Below are positions 1 to 13,566 of a stretch of 64,000 nucleotides of DNA, piece by piece. Under the pieces are notes generated by a model. It saw only the letters and a list, made by a program, of their open reading frames with translations, had not been told where the DNA came from and searched no databases. Where the stretch lies: positions 620,001 through 684,000 of the forward strand of contig NIVC01000089.1 of assembly GCA_002269645.1 (NCBI GenBank), read 5' to 3'. Position 1 is the first letter of the stretch. Every line of letters starts with the position of its first letter. Origin of the DNA: Macrostomum lignano. Its lineage: Eukaryota. The translations under genes were made by a program, and so were the position numbers.

Positions 1-1941
1 GCCGACTCGCCGCGTCGTACCTGGTCAGCCCGGAGCTGGTCGATGAGCACCACTTGCGCTTCTACTCGGCCGGCCGGGCGCTGGACGAAATCAAAGAGGG
101 CAACAGCCTGGCGCACAGCCGCGTCCGGCACCGGGCGAGCCTCTGTCTGGTGCCCGAGGAGCCGCTCCGGCTCGGCCAGCTGCGCCTGCGCGTCTTCGAG
201 CGACTGCCGTTCGGGCCCGACTGGCAGACGCTGCTGACGGAGCACCCGGACCGGCAGTTCCCGCGCCGCTGCAACCTGGCGGTAGACGAAGCCGGTGGCG
301 GCCAGTTGGACACGCTTCAACAGGCCCTGGCCAGGTGGCTGGAGCAGTCTCAACCTGGCGAGCGGCGTCAGATGCGGCTGTACAGCTTCCGGCCGGCTGA
401 GAGCCGCCTGACTGCGCCGCTGCACAAGTTCGTGGCTTCGGGGGTTGACCTCTGATTTGACCTAATTTGCCCCCGTTTAGCAGAGGCACTAAATAAATGA
501 ACAAAGTTATTTTAGAAAAAAATTTAAGGATTAAGTTAAGGATAGAAATACTGGCGGTAATCCCCGATATCAGCTTCCCCTGTTTGAGCTTCGGGCTTCC
601 CAGCAACTCACCCGACGGCCTCAGAAACTCACTCTTGAGGCATAGCGTTAACAGTTTACCCTAATCCTAACCCTAACTCTCCACTTGAGCCTTGGTATCT
701 TAGCAATGACGTTTAGCTACCTAACCTCTCACTATTACCTACATGTACGTACCAACCCATTGACCTATCTACGAGCTCGTTCTTTGACCAGTAAGTGCTC
801 AGGTTAGAGTTTAGATACTTCGAGGCTACTCATCTAGTTGCTGTGCAACCCCGGCCGCACCGATACTCCTCTAACCTCCCAGGTACAGCAATATTCGGCC
901 TCTGGCCGACCCCGGCTGCGCCGTGGCCTACGAGCTGCGACCGAGCGGCTCGATGGAGCCGCCGCCTACCTCCCAGCCCGGTGGTCTGCGGATGCTGCTC
1001 TACCTGACAGTGAAGCCAGCAGGCCGACCAGAGGACCAGCAGGCCGACTACCCGCCGCCTGAGGAGTTCTGGTGGGACTGCACCTCCGCCAGCGGCGACG
1101 GTGACGGAGCAGCGGGCCTTCATCGCCAGGTTTGCGCTGCCGGTTCACTGATGACGCAGTATCCTGGGGAGTCCTAAGGAGACGTACAGACACTAAGACA
1201 GACACTTAAGACGGACACTAAGACGGACACTAAGACAGACACTACGACACTAAGATAGACGCTGAGACGGACACTAAGACACTAAGATAGACACTAAGAC
1301 GGACACTAAGACGGACACTAAGACAGACACTAAGACACTAAGATTGACGCTGAGACGGACACTAAGACACTAAGATAGACACTAATACGGACACTAAGAC
1401 AGACGCTGAGACAGACACTAAGACAGACACTAAGACGGACACTAATACGCTAAGACAGACACTGAGACAGACACTGAGACAGATTGCTCCTCAACATCGT
1501 CAGGTCGCTCGCCATCTCGGCTGGCCGGCTGCCGAAGTCCGCCTGGCGAAGCGGCTGCACCACAGCTGCACCTGGTGGCCGCTTCCGACCACGGCGGCCT
1601 CTCTGCGACGTGGCGCTGACCTGCGCGATTTTGACGTCCTCGGCTGCATGCGGGCCAGCGTGGCGGGCAGCAGCGGCCTCGACCGATTCGAGAGTCCCGT
1701 TGACCTGCGGCTGCTGGCCGAACGAGGTGGAGGCGGCGGCGCGGGCTTCGGCGCGACCTCCCCTTCGGGCGCTGCTGGACCGGCGGCCGGCTGGGGAGCC
1801 GCCAGCCAGGAGCGCGGGTTGGTTATCAATGTGCCGAAGTACGGCACCGCAGGCGGCGGTGGCGGTAGCGGTGGCAGCGGCGGTAAAGAGCGGCCGACAA
1901 GCATCGACCGGGGCATCGGCGCAGCAGAAGGTTCTGACTGA
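1..1941 (+). CDS. 3' exons of a probable USP40/USP47-like ubiquitin-specific protease (C-terminal Ubl-like region), 5'-truncated by the window edge
   Basis: Exons <1-427, 883-1129 and 1504-1941 join in frame (aa|gttcgt, cccag|g tac; cag|gtttg, gtcag|gtc gct). Translation: RLAASYLVSPELVDEHHLRFYSAG...YSNIRPLADPGCAVAYEL...VARHLGWPAAEVRLAKRLH...DLRDFDVLGC...ERGLVINVPKY...*. The family call is from remembered resemblance of the tail to USP40/47 C-termini. No catalytic domain is visible, and the first donor is the least certain. Confidence 0.5.
1185..1483 (+). repeat. intronic minisatellite, ~11-12 bp unit (acggacactaag)
   Basis: Tandem gacactaagac(g/a) units read directly. Confidence 0.9.
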
Positions 1942-2774
1942 GCTCGGTACAAAGACCGCTGATGCTCAAATTAAACGCTTCAGATCTTATGGGAATCTAT
2001 TTAAAATTTCGATGTCGTTTCGAAAAGCCTCAATGATGTAGGCTATTTTCGTGGGTTTAAGCACAATATTAGCGATTTCTTACCTTCTTTATACTTTTAA
2101 AGATCACTTTAAAGCTATTACAATATGATTTGGTTAATTTCGTCGCAAAGTTTGAAACGAAAATTAGACCATAATAACTAATCAATTAGGCCCATTGGGA
2201 TCTGTTTTGTTCAACGTTCTCAGTCATCAATGTCGCGAAATTCAGGAATGTTCTAACTATTGAGGTCAGTTCATCTCGCACTGCTGTTTATTCCAGAATT
2301 GGCTAATATTCTGTCTGACACTGTCGCCCATACAATTAAGCGAATTTCCGAACCTTTCACGATCCAATCCACGATCCGTTGTTCGAGTTAACGTGTCGAA
2401 AGCATGTATTTCCCATTTGTGATACTTTTTAAACTTTTGTATCAATCATTTACTTTACCATCATAAAATTTGTTTGAAATATCGAGATATTTTAATATAT
2501 AGTTAAATAATTTTACTTGTTTGCCCAAATCCTAACAGTATCGCCATGCAAAAAAATCTCTGCTGGTTGGAAGTTGAAATATTTTTTCATGTCAAGTCAT
2601 TCTTAAGCTTCACTTTTTATGCTTTCTACTTCTCAAGAGAAGAGTGTTTTTTGATAAAATATAACTGCCTACTGAGATTTGTTGAATACATTTCGCAAAA
2701 GCAACCGCTTGGTCATTATTTATTAGAACCCAACAACCTGGCTTCCAATCCACGTCTTCTCAATGTCTTCTCCT

Positions 2775-3010
2775 ACTGACATCTTCCTACTGACGTCTTT
2801 CTATTGACGTCTTTTTACTGACGTCTTTTTACTGACGTCTTCCTACTGACGTCTTCCTACTGACGTCTTCCTACTGACGTCTTCCTACTGACGTCTTCCT
2901 ACTGATGTCTCCCTACTGACGTCTTCCTACTGACGTCTTCCTACTGACGTCTTCCTACTGATGTCTTCCTACTAACGTCTTTCTATTGACGTCTTCTTAC
3001 CGACGTCTAA
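2775..3010 (+). repeat. 14-bp minisatellite (tgacgtcttcctac)n
   Basis: About 16 tandem copies read directly. Confidence 0.9.
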
Positions 3011-3407
3011 CCACTGACTTCTTCCTATTCTGACCTTTTGCTAACAAACCTCCTACCACTAGTAAATGTGTCAGTATCGACACCTTTTAATCAACATCCT
3101 CTCGTCAACTTTTAAATGAATATTTTTGCAAGCAAAACTTCACTCTCCTCAATTTTGTACAATAGTTATAAATATTTCTAATTTCTTTTATTTTTATACG
3201 ACTTCAGTTCTTGAGGTGCCGGGTCGCTAAAGTCATGCGATATTGAACTTTTTTTCTTTGAACAACATAAAACAGATTTTAGATATTTTTGCAAGACAAA
3301 AACAAACGATGCATAAAACATAAAGCATAAAGCATATTTATGATATTTAATCATTCAGCAATGGTTAAAATTTTCCTTGATCAATCTCCGGACGCCCGAA
3401 GCAGCAA

Positions 3408-6400
3408 TCAGGCGGCTGTGAAGCCGCCGTTCGACATTCCGCCATTGTCATCCGCAGCATCGGGCGCGGATGCCGAACCTATCGACGGCTCCGAGGTGGC
3501 TACAGCGTCGTCATTCAACTCGAATTCGATGCTCGACGCCTGCCGATCGACGACGCCTGTCGCCAAGTCGGCCGCTGCGGCGACCACGTTGGCTGGACTG
3601 CGCAGTCCGAGAGCGGTGCGACCTTCGGGCTCCTCCCTGACTGTCGGCGGCTGCTGCTCTGGCTGGCAGTCGGGCAGCAGGGCGGCCAGGCTGGCGTGCC
3701 GAATGTTGTGCTCGCAGTAGTCGGAGCCCAGCAGCTCGCCCTCCACGCTGACGCGCAGGCCGACGAGATGGTGGATGAGCTGGAGAGGAGACAGAGAGCA
3801 TTAACTAATACAAGGAAAAAGTACTGCGTATTTTATGATAAACGGAGTTTTAATTTCTTATCAAACGCACTGCATGGAACGAGTGCGTACGTTTTGCTAC
3901 CGATAATCTTAGAATGAAAAACGGCGTGCATCTGATGCATTATAAAAATTTATTTTGGACAAACTAAATTTGCTTGCTTTGCTGGTCCCATTAAAACAAA
4001 TTGCTCGATAAACTTGTGATATTGTTGCTTTATTCAAGCTTCAAAAAGATATAGTTCGGGCTCTACGAGCTATATTAGCTCGGTACTCTTAAGTTACACA
4101 TGAAAAAAACCACTAGCCTCCTTGTACTTTAACTGTACCGCGGTGGCTTACCAGCAGCTGTGCAATGGTGTTTATCACGGCCCACGCGCTGATGCACAGG
4201 GCTGCCAGGGCTTGGATGCCCAGCAGGTACGGCCCGCCGCCTTTGAACAGCCCGTAGCGACCCTTGGTGAGGTTCTCCAGCTCGTCCTGTCGCGGGTTTG
4301 ATCCAGTTAGAAAAGCTCATAATTTTAATTACAACATCTAATTACAGAGCATCTGTAATGCGCCTACTTTCGAGACTAAATTTTCAAAACATTACTGTCA
4401 GAAAATAATTTAAAATATTTGCATTTACAATCTTACTTCAACAGCTTAGCTTATCCTCAACTGCTTCACTTCACTGATTCACTGATTCCTGAACACAGAG
4501 CAGCAGAGTGCGTGACAATTAAGGTCACGGGTCAAGACACATCTCTTGATTTCACACGGTTTTAAACTGAATTCATAGAATTTGTCTCTATTTTCATTTA
4601 TTGTTTTTATCACTTTATTCTCTGTTAGAGGCTGGGGCTGTGTGCACCCTGGCGCACTTTAAGCGGCATTGTCGCACAACCCGCGAGAGGCATTGCTGCC
4701 CATTTCGCCGACTCCCCTGAGCAGGCACACAAGCGCGCGGATGTGCACGCAGTCAGACGCACAGCACAGGCACGCACTCACACAGGTTTATCGTTAGGCA
4801 TGTACGCGTACACTTCACTTTGCTTTGAAGGTTTGCACTCAAGGGCGTTAATTGCACGAGCAGAGCCAAGCCGAGATTCAATTTAGCCCCCAAATAAATG
4901 TGACTGCACTTGGAATCGAGACTGGGCCGCTGGCACATCACAGGGCCACGGCCCCCGCCAACTGTATATTACAAGTTAATCACCTTGTCAACAAACAGGC
5001 CGGTTGCCAGGAGGCCCCAGACGCCGCAAACCATGTGCACCGGGATCACCCCCACTGGATCGTCAATCCGCAGTCGGCTGACCAGCCGGGCCGTTCCGAT
5101 GGTGAACAGGCCGGCGATAAAGCCGATCACCAGCGACTCCCACGGGTGGGCCAGTGCGCACATGCCTGCCAATGCGGGGCGTTGTCGGTTCATGATCGTG
5201 CTTTCATACCCTTGCATTGCTTTGGCTTGGGTTGCTCCTCCTACTCCTAACCCCCTCCCCCCCCCGATGCTTTGGGGAGCGCCGCTGCCCCTCCCTCCCT
5301 CCCTCTCCCCGATGCTTTGATGAGCGCCGCTGCCCCTCCCTCCCTCCCTCCCTCTCTCTCCCCGATGCTTTGGGGAGCGCCGCTGCCCCTCCCTCCCTCC
5401 CTCTCCCCGATGCTTTGATGAGCGCCGCTGCCCCTCCCTCCCTCCCTCCCTCTCTCTCCCCGATGCTTTGGGGAGCGCCGCTGCCCCTCCCTCCCTCCCT
5501 CTCCCCGATGCTTTGATGAGCGCCGCTGCCCCTCCCTCCCTCCCTCCCTCTCTCTCCCCGATGCTTTGGGGAGCGCCGCTGCCCCTCCCTCCCTCCCTCT
5601 CCCCGATGCTTTGGGAGCGCCGCTGCCCCTCCCTCCCTCCCTCTCCCCGATGCTTTGGGGAGCGCCACTGCCCCTCCCTCTCTCCCTCTCCCTGATGCTT
5701 TGGGGAGCGCCGCTGCCCCTCACACTAAGAAGAGACGGCCCGATTCTCACACTATTTCACTCACCCGTGATGGACACCAGACCGCCCAGGACGCCGTTCA
5801 CAATGTCCGCAATATCGTACTTGCCCCGACATATTGCGAATCTAAAAAAAGAAAATAGGAGTGATTGGCAGCTCAGCACAGTGTCGGCAGTATTGAGAGA
5901 AGGCGATGAGCTCTCACGTGAGGCCCAGGCTGGACAGGCCGCCCCCAACCGATGCCATGATGGTCGTGACGGCCGAGCGAGCCGCCAGCTTCCACTTGCC
6001 GCCGCGGATGCCAAAGGTGCTGCCGCAGTTGAAGCCGAGCCAGCCCCACCTGCCGCAGGTGAGAAAGGAAAGAGGGCACTGAGAGAGAGGTTCGTTCTCA
6101 GATGCTTATTAGCCATTAGCCAGGGCTCAACCCGCCCAGGTGTCCCTATGACCTATACTCATTAGCCAAAGCACTCCCCGCCCAGGTGTCCCTATGACCT
6201 ATACTCATTAGCCAAAGCACTCCCCGCCCAGGTGTCCCTATGACCTATACTCATTAGCCAAAGCACTCCCCGCCCAGGTGTCCCTATGATCTATACTCAT
6301 TAGCCAGAGCACTCCCCGCCCAGGTGTCCCTATGACCTACACTCATTAGCCAGAGCACTCCCCGCCCATGTGTCCCTATGACCTACACTCATTAGCCAGA

Positions 6401-9074
6401 GCACTCCCTGCCCAGGTGTCCCTATGACCTACACTCATTAGCCAGAGCACTCCCCGCCCATGTGTCCCTATGACCTACACTCATTAGCCAGAGCACTCCC
6501 CGCCCAGGTGTCCCTATGACCTATACTCATTAGCCAGAGCACTCCCCGCTCATGTCCCTATGATCTATACTCATTAACCAGAGCACTCCCCGCCCAGGTG
6601 TCCCTATGACCTATACTCATTAGCCAAAGCACTCCCCGCCCAGGTGTCCCTATGACCTATACTCATTAACCAGAGCACTCCCCGCCCAGGTGTCCCTATG
6701 ACCTATACTCATTAGCCAGAGCACTCCCCGCCCAGGTGTCCCTATGACCTACACTCATTAGCCAGAGCACTCCCCGCCCATGTGTCCCTATGACCTACAC
6801 TCATTAGCCAGAGCACTCCCTAGAGTGCATAGCATTCGGGCCTCGTGTGCAGCTCACTGCATGGAACGCGGCGGGTCTCAAACAAGCCAAACACGGCACA
6901 ACTCAGCCATGCAGCCTAACAGCCTCCCCATCTCTCAGCTCCTACACCAGATTAGGGCAGTTTCGAACGAGCAGCCGCTTGGTCACCGAAGATCCATCAT
7001 GACAAGCTGATCTGTCGTCATTAAAGATTAATGTTGATTTTAAAAGCAGAAATATGATGCATTATGACTCTGCATCCCCAGCCTCGTCTCACATCTACCA
7101 CCCTACCCTACTCTGAAATCTACCACTCTAACCACCACCCTACCCTACTCTGAAATCTACCACCCTACCCTACTCTGACATCTCTCAACCTACTCTGACA
7201 TCTGCAGCCCTACTCTGACATCTGCAGCCCTACTCTGACATCTGCAGCCCTACTCTGACATCTCCCACCTTACTCTGACATCTCCAGCCCTACTCTGACA
7301 TCTCCCACCCTACTCTGACATCTGCAGCCCTACTCTGACATATGCAGCCCTACTCTGACATCTGCAGCCCTACTCTGACATCTGCAGCCCTACTCTGACA
7401 TCTGCAGCCCTACTCTGACATCTGCAGCCCTACTCTGACATCTGCAGCCCTACTCTGACATCTGCAGCCCTACTCTGACATCTGCAGCCCTACTCTGACA
7501 TCTGCAGCCCTACTCTGACATCTGCAGCCCTACTCTGACATCTGCAGCCCTACTCTGACATCTTCTCCCCATCCAGTCAGCGCCTACCACAGCATGAACA
7601 GGCCCAGCATGACGTTGGTCGGGCAGCCCATCTGAGGCGCCGGGTGCGAGTAGTCGCCGCCGCTTTCGCCGAAACGTCCAGTTCGCGGTTTCAGCAGCAC
7701 CGTGGCCACCAGCCCGGTGACGCCGCCCAGCACATGAACGGGCCCGACGCCCGCAATGTCGACAACGCCGAGATCGTTGAGGAAGCCCTGAGGATGAGAT
7801 GGGAGAATCGCGTTTTGTGTCTGGGTGGCTCTCTATCTGGGTAGCTTTGTGTCTGGGTGGCTCTCTATCTGGGTAGCTTTGTGTCTGGGTGGCTCTCTAT
7901 CTGGGTAGCTTTGTGTCTGGGTGGCTTTGTGTCTGGGTAGCTTTGTGTCCGGGTAGCTTTGTGTCTGGTTAGCTTTGTGTCTGGGTAGCTTTGTGTCTGG
8001 GTAGCTTTGTGTCCGGGTAGCTTTGTGTCTGGGTAGCTTTGTGTCTGGGTAGCTTTGTGTCTGGGTAGCTTTGTGTCTGGGCGGCTTTGTGTCTGGGTAG
8101 CTTTGTGTCCGGGTAGCTTTGTGTCTGGGTGGCTTTGTGTCTGGGTAGCTTTGTGTCCGGGTAGCTTTGTGTCTGGTTAGCTTTGTGTCTGGGTAGCTTT
8201 GTGTCTGGGTAGCTTTGTGTCCGGGTAGCTTTGTGTCTGGGTAGCTTTGTGTCTGGGTAGCTTTGTGTCTGGGTAGCTTTGTGTCTGGGCGGCTTTGTGT
8301 CTGGGTAGCTTTGTGTCCGGGTAGCTTTGTGTCTGGGTAGCTTTGTGTCTGGGTAGCTTTGTGTCTGGGTAGCTTTGTGTCTGGGCGGCTTTGTGTCTGG
8401 GTAGCTTTGTGTCTGGGTAGCTTTGGGTCTGGGTGGCGTTATGTTTATGAGGCTTCGTGTTTGAGTGGCTATGAGGCTTTGTGTCTGGTAAACTTCGTGT
8501 CCGTGAGGACTCGCCTCTGTTAAACTTCCTGCTTCCTATCTGGAATCTACACTGTTTCGAGTATTTGAGGACTCCTGCCTGTGCGTGTTCTGAGACTGGA
8601 CTCCGCTTACTGACCTTCTTCCCCCAGATCCAGTGCGCCGGAATGCAGTAGATAATGGTGTTTAACAGCGAGAATAAAATGTAAGCCGACAGCTTCGTCC
8701 GCTCGGCCATCGCGCCGGACACAATCGTCGTGGCCGTAGTGGCGAAGCTCATCTGGAAGATGAAGGTGGTGAACTTCTGGCCCATCTCGTCCGGGGTGGC
8801 GTCGAGGAAGAAGTCGCCCCAGCCGATGAACGGATTGCTGCCTGGAGCATTGCCGAACGAGAAGGCGTAGCCGAACATCCAGTAGGTGAGGCCGCCAAAC
8901 AGCACGTCTATGACGTTCTTCACCATGATGTTCACCTCGTTTCGAGGATTGACGCAGCCCGACTCGAGCAGGCCGAATCCTATTAGTGAGTTAGTTAGTT
9001 ATTTAGTTATTTAGTTAGTTAGTTAGTTAGTTATTTAGTTAGTTAGTTAGTTAGTTAGTGAGTTAGTTAGTTAT

Positions 9075-9137
<63 letters not shown>

Positions 9138-9152
9138 TTTAGTTATTTAGTG

Positions 9153-9213
<61 letters not shown>

Positions 9214-9214
9214 T

Positions 9215-9275
<61 letters not shown>

Positions 9276-9290
9276 GAGTTAGTTAGTTAT

Positions 9291-9321
<31 letters not shown>

Positions 9322-9350
9322 TTTAGTGAGTTAGTTAGTTAGTTAGTTAT

Positions 9351-9389
<39 letters not shown>

Positions 9390-9394
9390 TTTAA

Positions 9395-9429
<35 letters not shown>

Positions 9430-9436
9430 TTTAGTG

Positions 9437-9497
<61 letters not shown>

Positions 9498-9498
9498 T

Positions 9499-9529
<31 letters not shown>

Positions 9530-9536
9530 TTTAGTG

Positions 9537-9583
<47 letters not shown>

Positions 9584-9606
9584 GAGTTAGTTAGTTAGTT
9601 AGTTAT

Positions 9607-9645
<39 letters not shown>

Positions 9646-9652
9646 TTTAGTG

Positions 9653-9717
<65 letters not shown>

Positions 9718-9732
9718 TTTAGTTATTTAGTG

Positions 9733-9785
<53 letters not shown>

Positions 9786-9786
9786 T

Positions 9787-9827
<41 letters not shown>

Positions 9828-9930
9828 AAGTTAGTTAGTTAGTTAGTTAGTGAGTTAGTTAGTTATTTAGTTAGTTAGTTAGTTAGTTAATTAGTTAGTT
9901 AGTTAGTTATTTAGTGAGTTAGTTAGTTAT

Positions 9931-9973
<43 letters not shown>

Positions 9974-9974
9974 T

Positions 9975-10005
<31 letters not shown>

Positions 10006-10012
10006 TTTAGTG

Positions 10013-10057
<45 letters not shown>

Positions 10058-10058
10058 T

Positions 10059-10133
<75 letters not shown>

Positions 10134-10134
10134 T

Positions 10135-10169
<35 letters not shown>

Positions 10170-10176
10170 TTTAGTG

Positions 10177-10215
<39 letters not shown>

Positions 10216-10230
10216 GAGTTAGTTAGTTAT

Positions 10231-10269
<39 letters not shown>

Positions 10270-10270
10270 T

Positions 10271-10301
<31 letters not shown>

Positions 10302-10308
10302 TTTAGTG

Positions 10309-10347
<39 letters not shown>

Positions 10348-10370
10348 GAGTTAGTTAGTTAGTTAGTTAT

Positions 10371-10425
<55 letters not shown>

Positions 10426-10528
10426 TTTAGTTAGTTATTTAGTTAGTTAGTTAGTTAGTTAGTGAGTTAGTTAGTTATTTAGTTATTTAGTGAGTTAGTT
10501 AGTTAGTTAGTTAGTTAGTGAGTTAGTG

Positions 10529-10562
<34 letters not shown>

Positions 10563-10598
10563 GTAGTTAGTTAGTTAGTTAGTGAGTTAGTTAGTTAT

Positions 10599-10637
<39 letters not shown>

Positions 10638-10638
10638 T

Positions 10639-10669
<31 letters not shown>

Positions 10670-10738
10670 TTTAGTGAGTTAGTTAGTTAGTTAGTTAGTT
10701 ATTTAGTTAGTTAGTTAGTGAGTTAGTTAGTTAGTTAT

Positions 10739-10797
<59 letters not shown>

Positions 10798-10812
10798 TTT
10801 AGTTATTTAGTG

Positions 10813-10847
<35 letters not shown>

Positions 10848-10912
10848 GAGTTAGTTAGTTATTTAGTTATTTAGTGAGTTAGTTAGTTAGTTAGTTAGTT
10901 AGTGAGTTAGTG

Positions 10913-10946
<34 letters not shown>

Positions 10947-10982
10947 GTAGTTAGTTAGTTAGTTAGTGAGTTAGTTAGTTAT

Positions 10983-11021
<39 letters not shown>

Positions 11022-11022
11022 T

Positions 11023-11053
<31 letters not shown>

Positions 11054-11060
11054 TTTAGTG

Positions 11061-11099
<39 letters not shown>

Positions 11100-11122
11100 G
11101 AGTTAGTTAGTTAGTTAGTTAT

Positions 11123-11173
<51 letters not shown>

Positions 11174-11276
11174 TTTAGTTAGTTATTTAGTTAGTTAGTT
11201 AGTTAGTTAGTGAGTTAGTTAGTTATTTAGTTATTTAGTGAGTTAGTTATTTAGTGAGTTAGTTAGTGAGTTAGTG

Positions 11277-11310
<34 letters not shown>

Positions 11311-11332
11311 GTAGTTAGTTAGTTAGTTAGTG

Positions 11333-11378
<46 letters not shown>

Positions 11379-11410
11379 GTAGTTAGTTAGTTAGTTAGTT
11401 AGTTATTCAC

Positions 11411-11446
<36 letters not shown>

Positions 11447-11476
11447 GTAGTTAGGTAGTTAGTTAGTTAGTTAGTG

Positions 11477-11518
<42 letters not shown>

Positions 11519-12479
11519 GTAGTTAGTTAGTTAGTTAGTTAGTTATTCACTTAGTTAGTTAGTTAGTTAGTTAGCAGACCCAGTGGTGTCTTTACAGTGT
11601 TTTGATACTGACAGACTTTCAGTCGGTATGTTGGTTCCAAGCGCACTTCAAGAAACTAACACATTAAGAGTGAGTTTCTCCATCCCCTCAGTTTCTGTAG
11701 GCAATAGAATTTTAAAGGACCTCTTAGCAGCGAGAATAGACCGAAAAACTTGTTCCCCTTTGACATAACAATGCATATTTTTTATTGCTTCCACAAAGGA
11801 ATAGGCCCATTGTGCTCGTATGAAGCAACGCACAGTATCTATATTGGGCTTAGAGTCAATCCACCGAGAAATGCAAATTATAATTCCGGAGTATTAAACT
11901 GCTCGAGGTGTCGATTCCGGATATTCTAATCCCATATCGAGCTGCATGGCATTGAATTTAAAGCTGCGCTCCAGAGAGCTCCAACAGAAATTTCCAGACT
12001 GACAAAAATCTCTCGAATTTCCAATGGGACAAAACGAACGGCTTAGATAGAAATATCGAATTCTGTCAGCCGAAGTTGGGAAAGCATTGATCCAGATTTT
12101 AGTCTAGTTTATTCAAAATCGATGCGGCTTTTAAACGGAGTCTGCGATCGAATTTCAGGGGCCGTCGGGACAGAGCCATCCTCTAAGGCATCATGCTCAC
12201 TCTGATGTCTGTCACTCACTTATTCAAATATGACTTCAGGCGGCTGAGTCTCAACTCCGTCAGCTAGCTCCGTCATCAGCGGATCAATCGCTGCTCAAAG
12301 TCCATAGCTAGTAAAAAATAACTCGCGCAAATCTCACCTGACTGCATGGTGAAGATGACGAAGGTTGACGCCAGAATCCAGGTGGCATCGTCGAAGGTGA
12401 TGGCGCTCGGATCGTCTGTGGTTGGCTGGCTCGTTGACGCGGTGGTCGTCGCCGCCGTGCTGACGTCAGTAGTTGCCAT
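3408..12479 (-). CDS. amt: ammonium transporter, Amt/MEP family, 8 coding exons, 534 aa
   Basis: Exons 12338-12479, 8615-8979, 7588-7787, 5918-6049, 5765-5841, 4984-5165, 4152-4286 and 3408-3779 are all GT-AG with consistent phase (1605 nt). Motifs: DDATWILASTFVIFTMQSGFGLLESG, FQMSFATTATTIVSGAMAER, HWIWGKKGFL, VDIAGVGPVHVLGG, WWGWLGFNCGS, IDDPVGVIPVHMVCG. Twin His, the conserved Asp and the Phe gate are present. Confidence 0.97.
5258..5721 (+). repeat. ~45-52 bp minisatellite in Amt intron 5
   Basis: About 10 copies of ccccgatgctttggggagcgccgctgcccc(tccc)n. Confidence 0.92.
6130..6820 (+). repeat. 46-bp minisatellite in Amt intron 3
   Basis: About 15 head-to-tail copies of ccccgcccaggtgtccctatgacctatactcattagccagagcact, with no spacers. 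Confidence 0.93.
7100..7565 (+). repeat. 20-bp minisatellite (ctactctgacatctgcagcc)n in Amt intron 3
   Basis: Tandem copies read directly, degenerate at the left end. Confidence 0.92.
7815..8435 (+). repeat. 16-bp minisatellite (gtctgggtagctttgt)n in Amt intron 2
   Basis: Tandem copies; they explain the spurious TQSYPDTKLPRHKA tail of ORF 8177..8935. Confidence 0.92.
8982..11574 (+). repeat. ~2.6 kb (TTAG)n microsatellite with TTAT/TGAG/TAGG variants in Amt intron 1
   Basis: Read directly; it abuts the exon 2 acceptor. Confidence 0.98.
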
Positions 12480-13566
12480 GCGGATGCTCAGCTCAACGGT
12501 TGCTCCTGCGCGAGCAACTTTAAAGAACGATGGCTAATTGTGACTGTCCCAATGGTGACTACCTTTTGGAAGATAATTAGCGCCAAACGGCTTCCATTAC
12601 GGAAGCAGAAGAGCAAAAATCGACAGCCTGCGTGCCCCAGTCGGGCTGACGGCTTTTCATTTGACCGGGCATCTCGGCTCCGATCCCCCTGTGAGCCCCG
12701 AAAGTGAGCTGCATGCTCCACATTCTCTCCACCCGCAGCCTTGCTCCAATTAGATAGATTCTGCCCCCTGAGCTCTCGAGATGGAACATGGGAGGGGCAG
12801 GTAGACTAGCCAATGAACTGTAGACAGACAGGTAGGTAATCGCTCACTGAACGCTCCATGCCTCCTTGCTCTAGCTACTTGTCGCTAATTCTGCCATAAG
12901 ACACCACAGTCGTGTAAATACACGCGAGCTGGTGGACATCTTAGGTCATGCCTAGAACTCAGCGGTGCGGTCAGCCTCATCTTCACCAAGTTTTGGCGGG
13001 GTCCCACAGCAGTCCTTCCCATTCCAGTGCGTAGCGCTCGCATGCAGTCGTCGTGTTTTCCCTTTTTGCTTTTGTTGAGATCGCCTTTCTTTATTTGGAA
13101 TCTTTTTGGACAGAGTGGCGGGCAGGCACTCAACGTGTCCCATTTTAGCTGCCTGTCACACGGAGTGAGGGACGTGGCCGGATTAGGGAGAGGGATGGGG
13201 AAGGTTAAACTAAAGAAGCTGCTCTTCCACAAAGCTTAGACATGCAGTTTGCGCTCAATAAGCTGCATGTGCAGATGCACTCTATCATTTCTTATTGGAA
13301 ATAGCTCTTCACAAAACCTCAACACTGCGATTAGTGCTCCAATGGGCCAAGTGAGATTTCGGCTCTCCCATGTGTTTTTACGACTCCGTTGTGTAAAATT
13401 ACGAATGGGGCAGAGAGGTCAGGGGGCACATTGTGCGGAGTTATAAATGCAGGAAAAATGGCTATATAAGTTTCAGTGTTTTCACACCTTTGGTCATCTT
13501 TTTTCTCAAGCTTTTGAGGTCGTAAAAACCTTAGCAGGCTCTCACTGATAAAGAGGCTGGACGCAG

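Noticed and set aside
659-677. Telomere-like ccctaatcctaaccctaac
   Set aside because: Only about three imperfect units in an intron; too short to call an interstitial telomere. (TTAG)n at 8982-11574 is also not the TTAGGG or TTAGG repeat.
6130-6820. CRISPR-like regular 46-bp repeats
   Set aside because: Head-to-tail with no unique spacers, inside a spliceosomal intron, and no cas genes.
7788-8614. General rule that sense-strand intronic repeats near acceptors avoid AG
   Set aside because: The 16-mer array near the Amt exon 3 acceptor contains AG on the sense strand, so the pattern is not universal.
11580-13450. Possible decayed transposase or viral coding remnants around the Amt 5' end
   Set aside because: Short broken frames with no motif I can assign; a tblastx or RepeatMasker search is needed.
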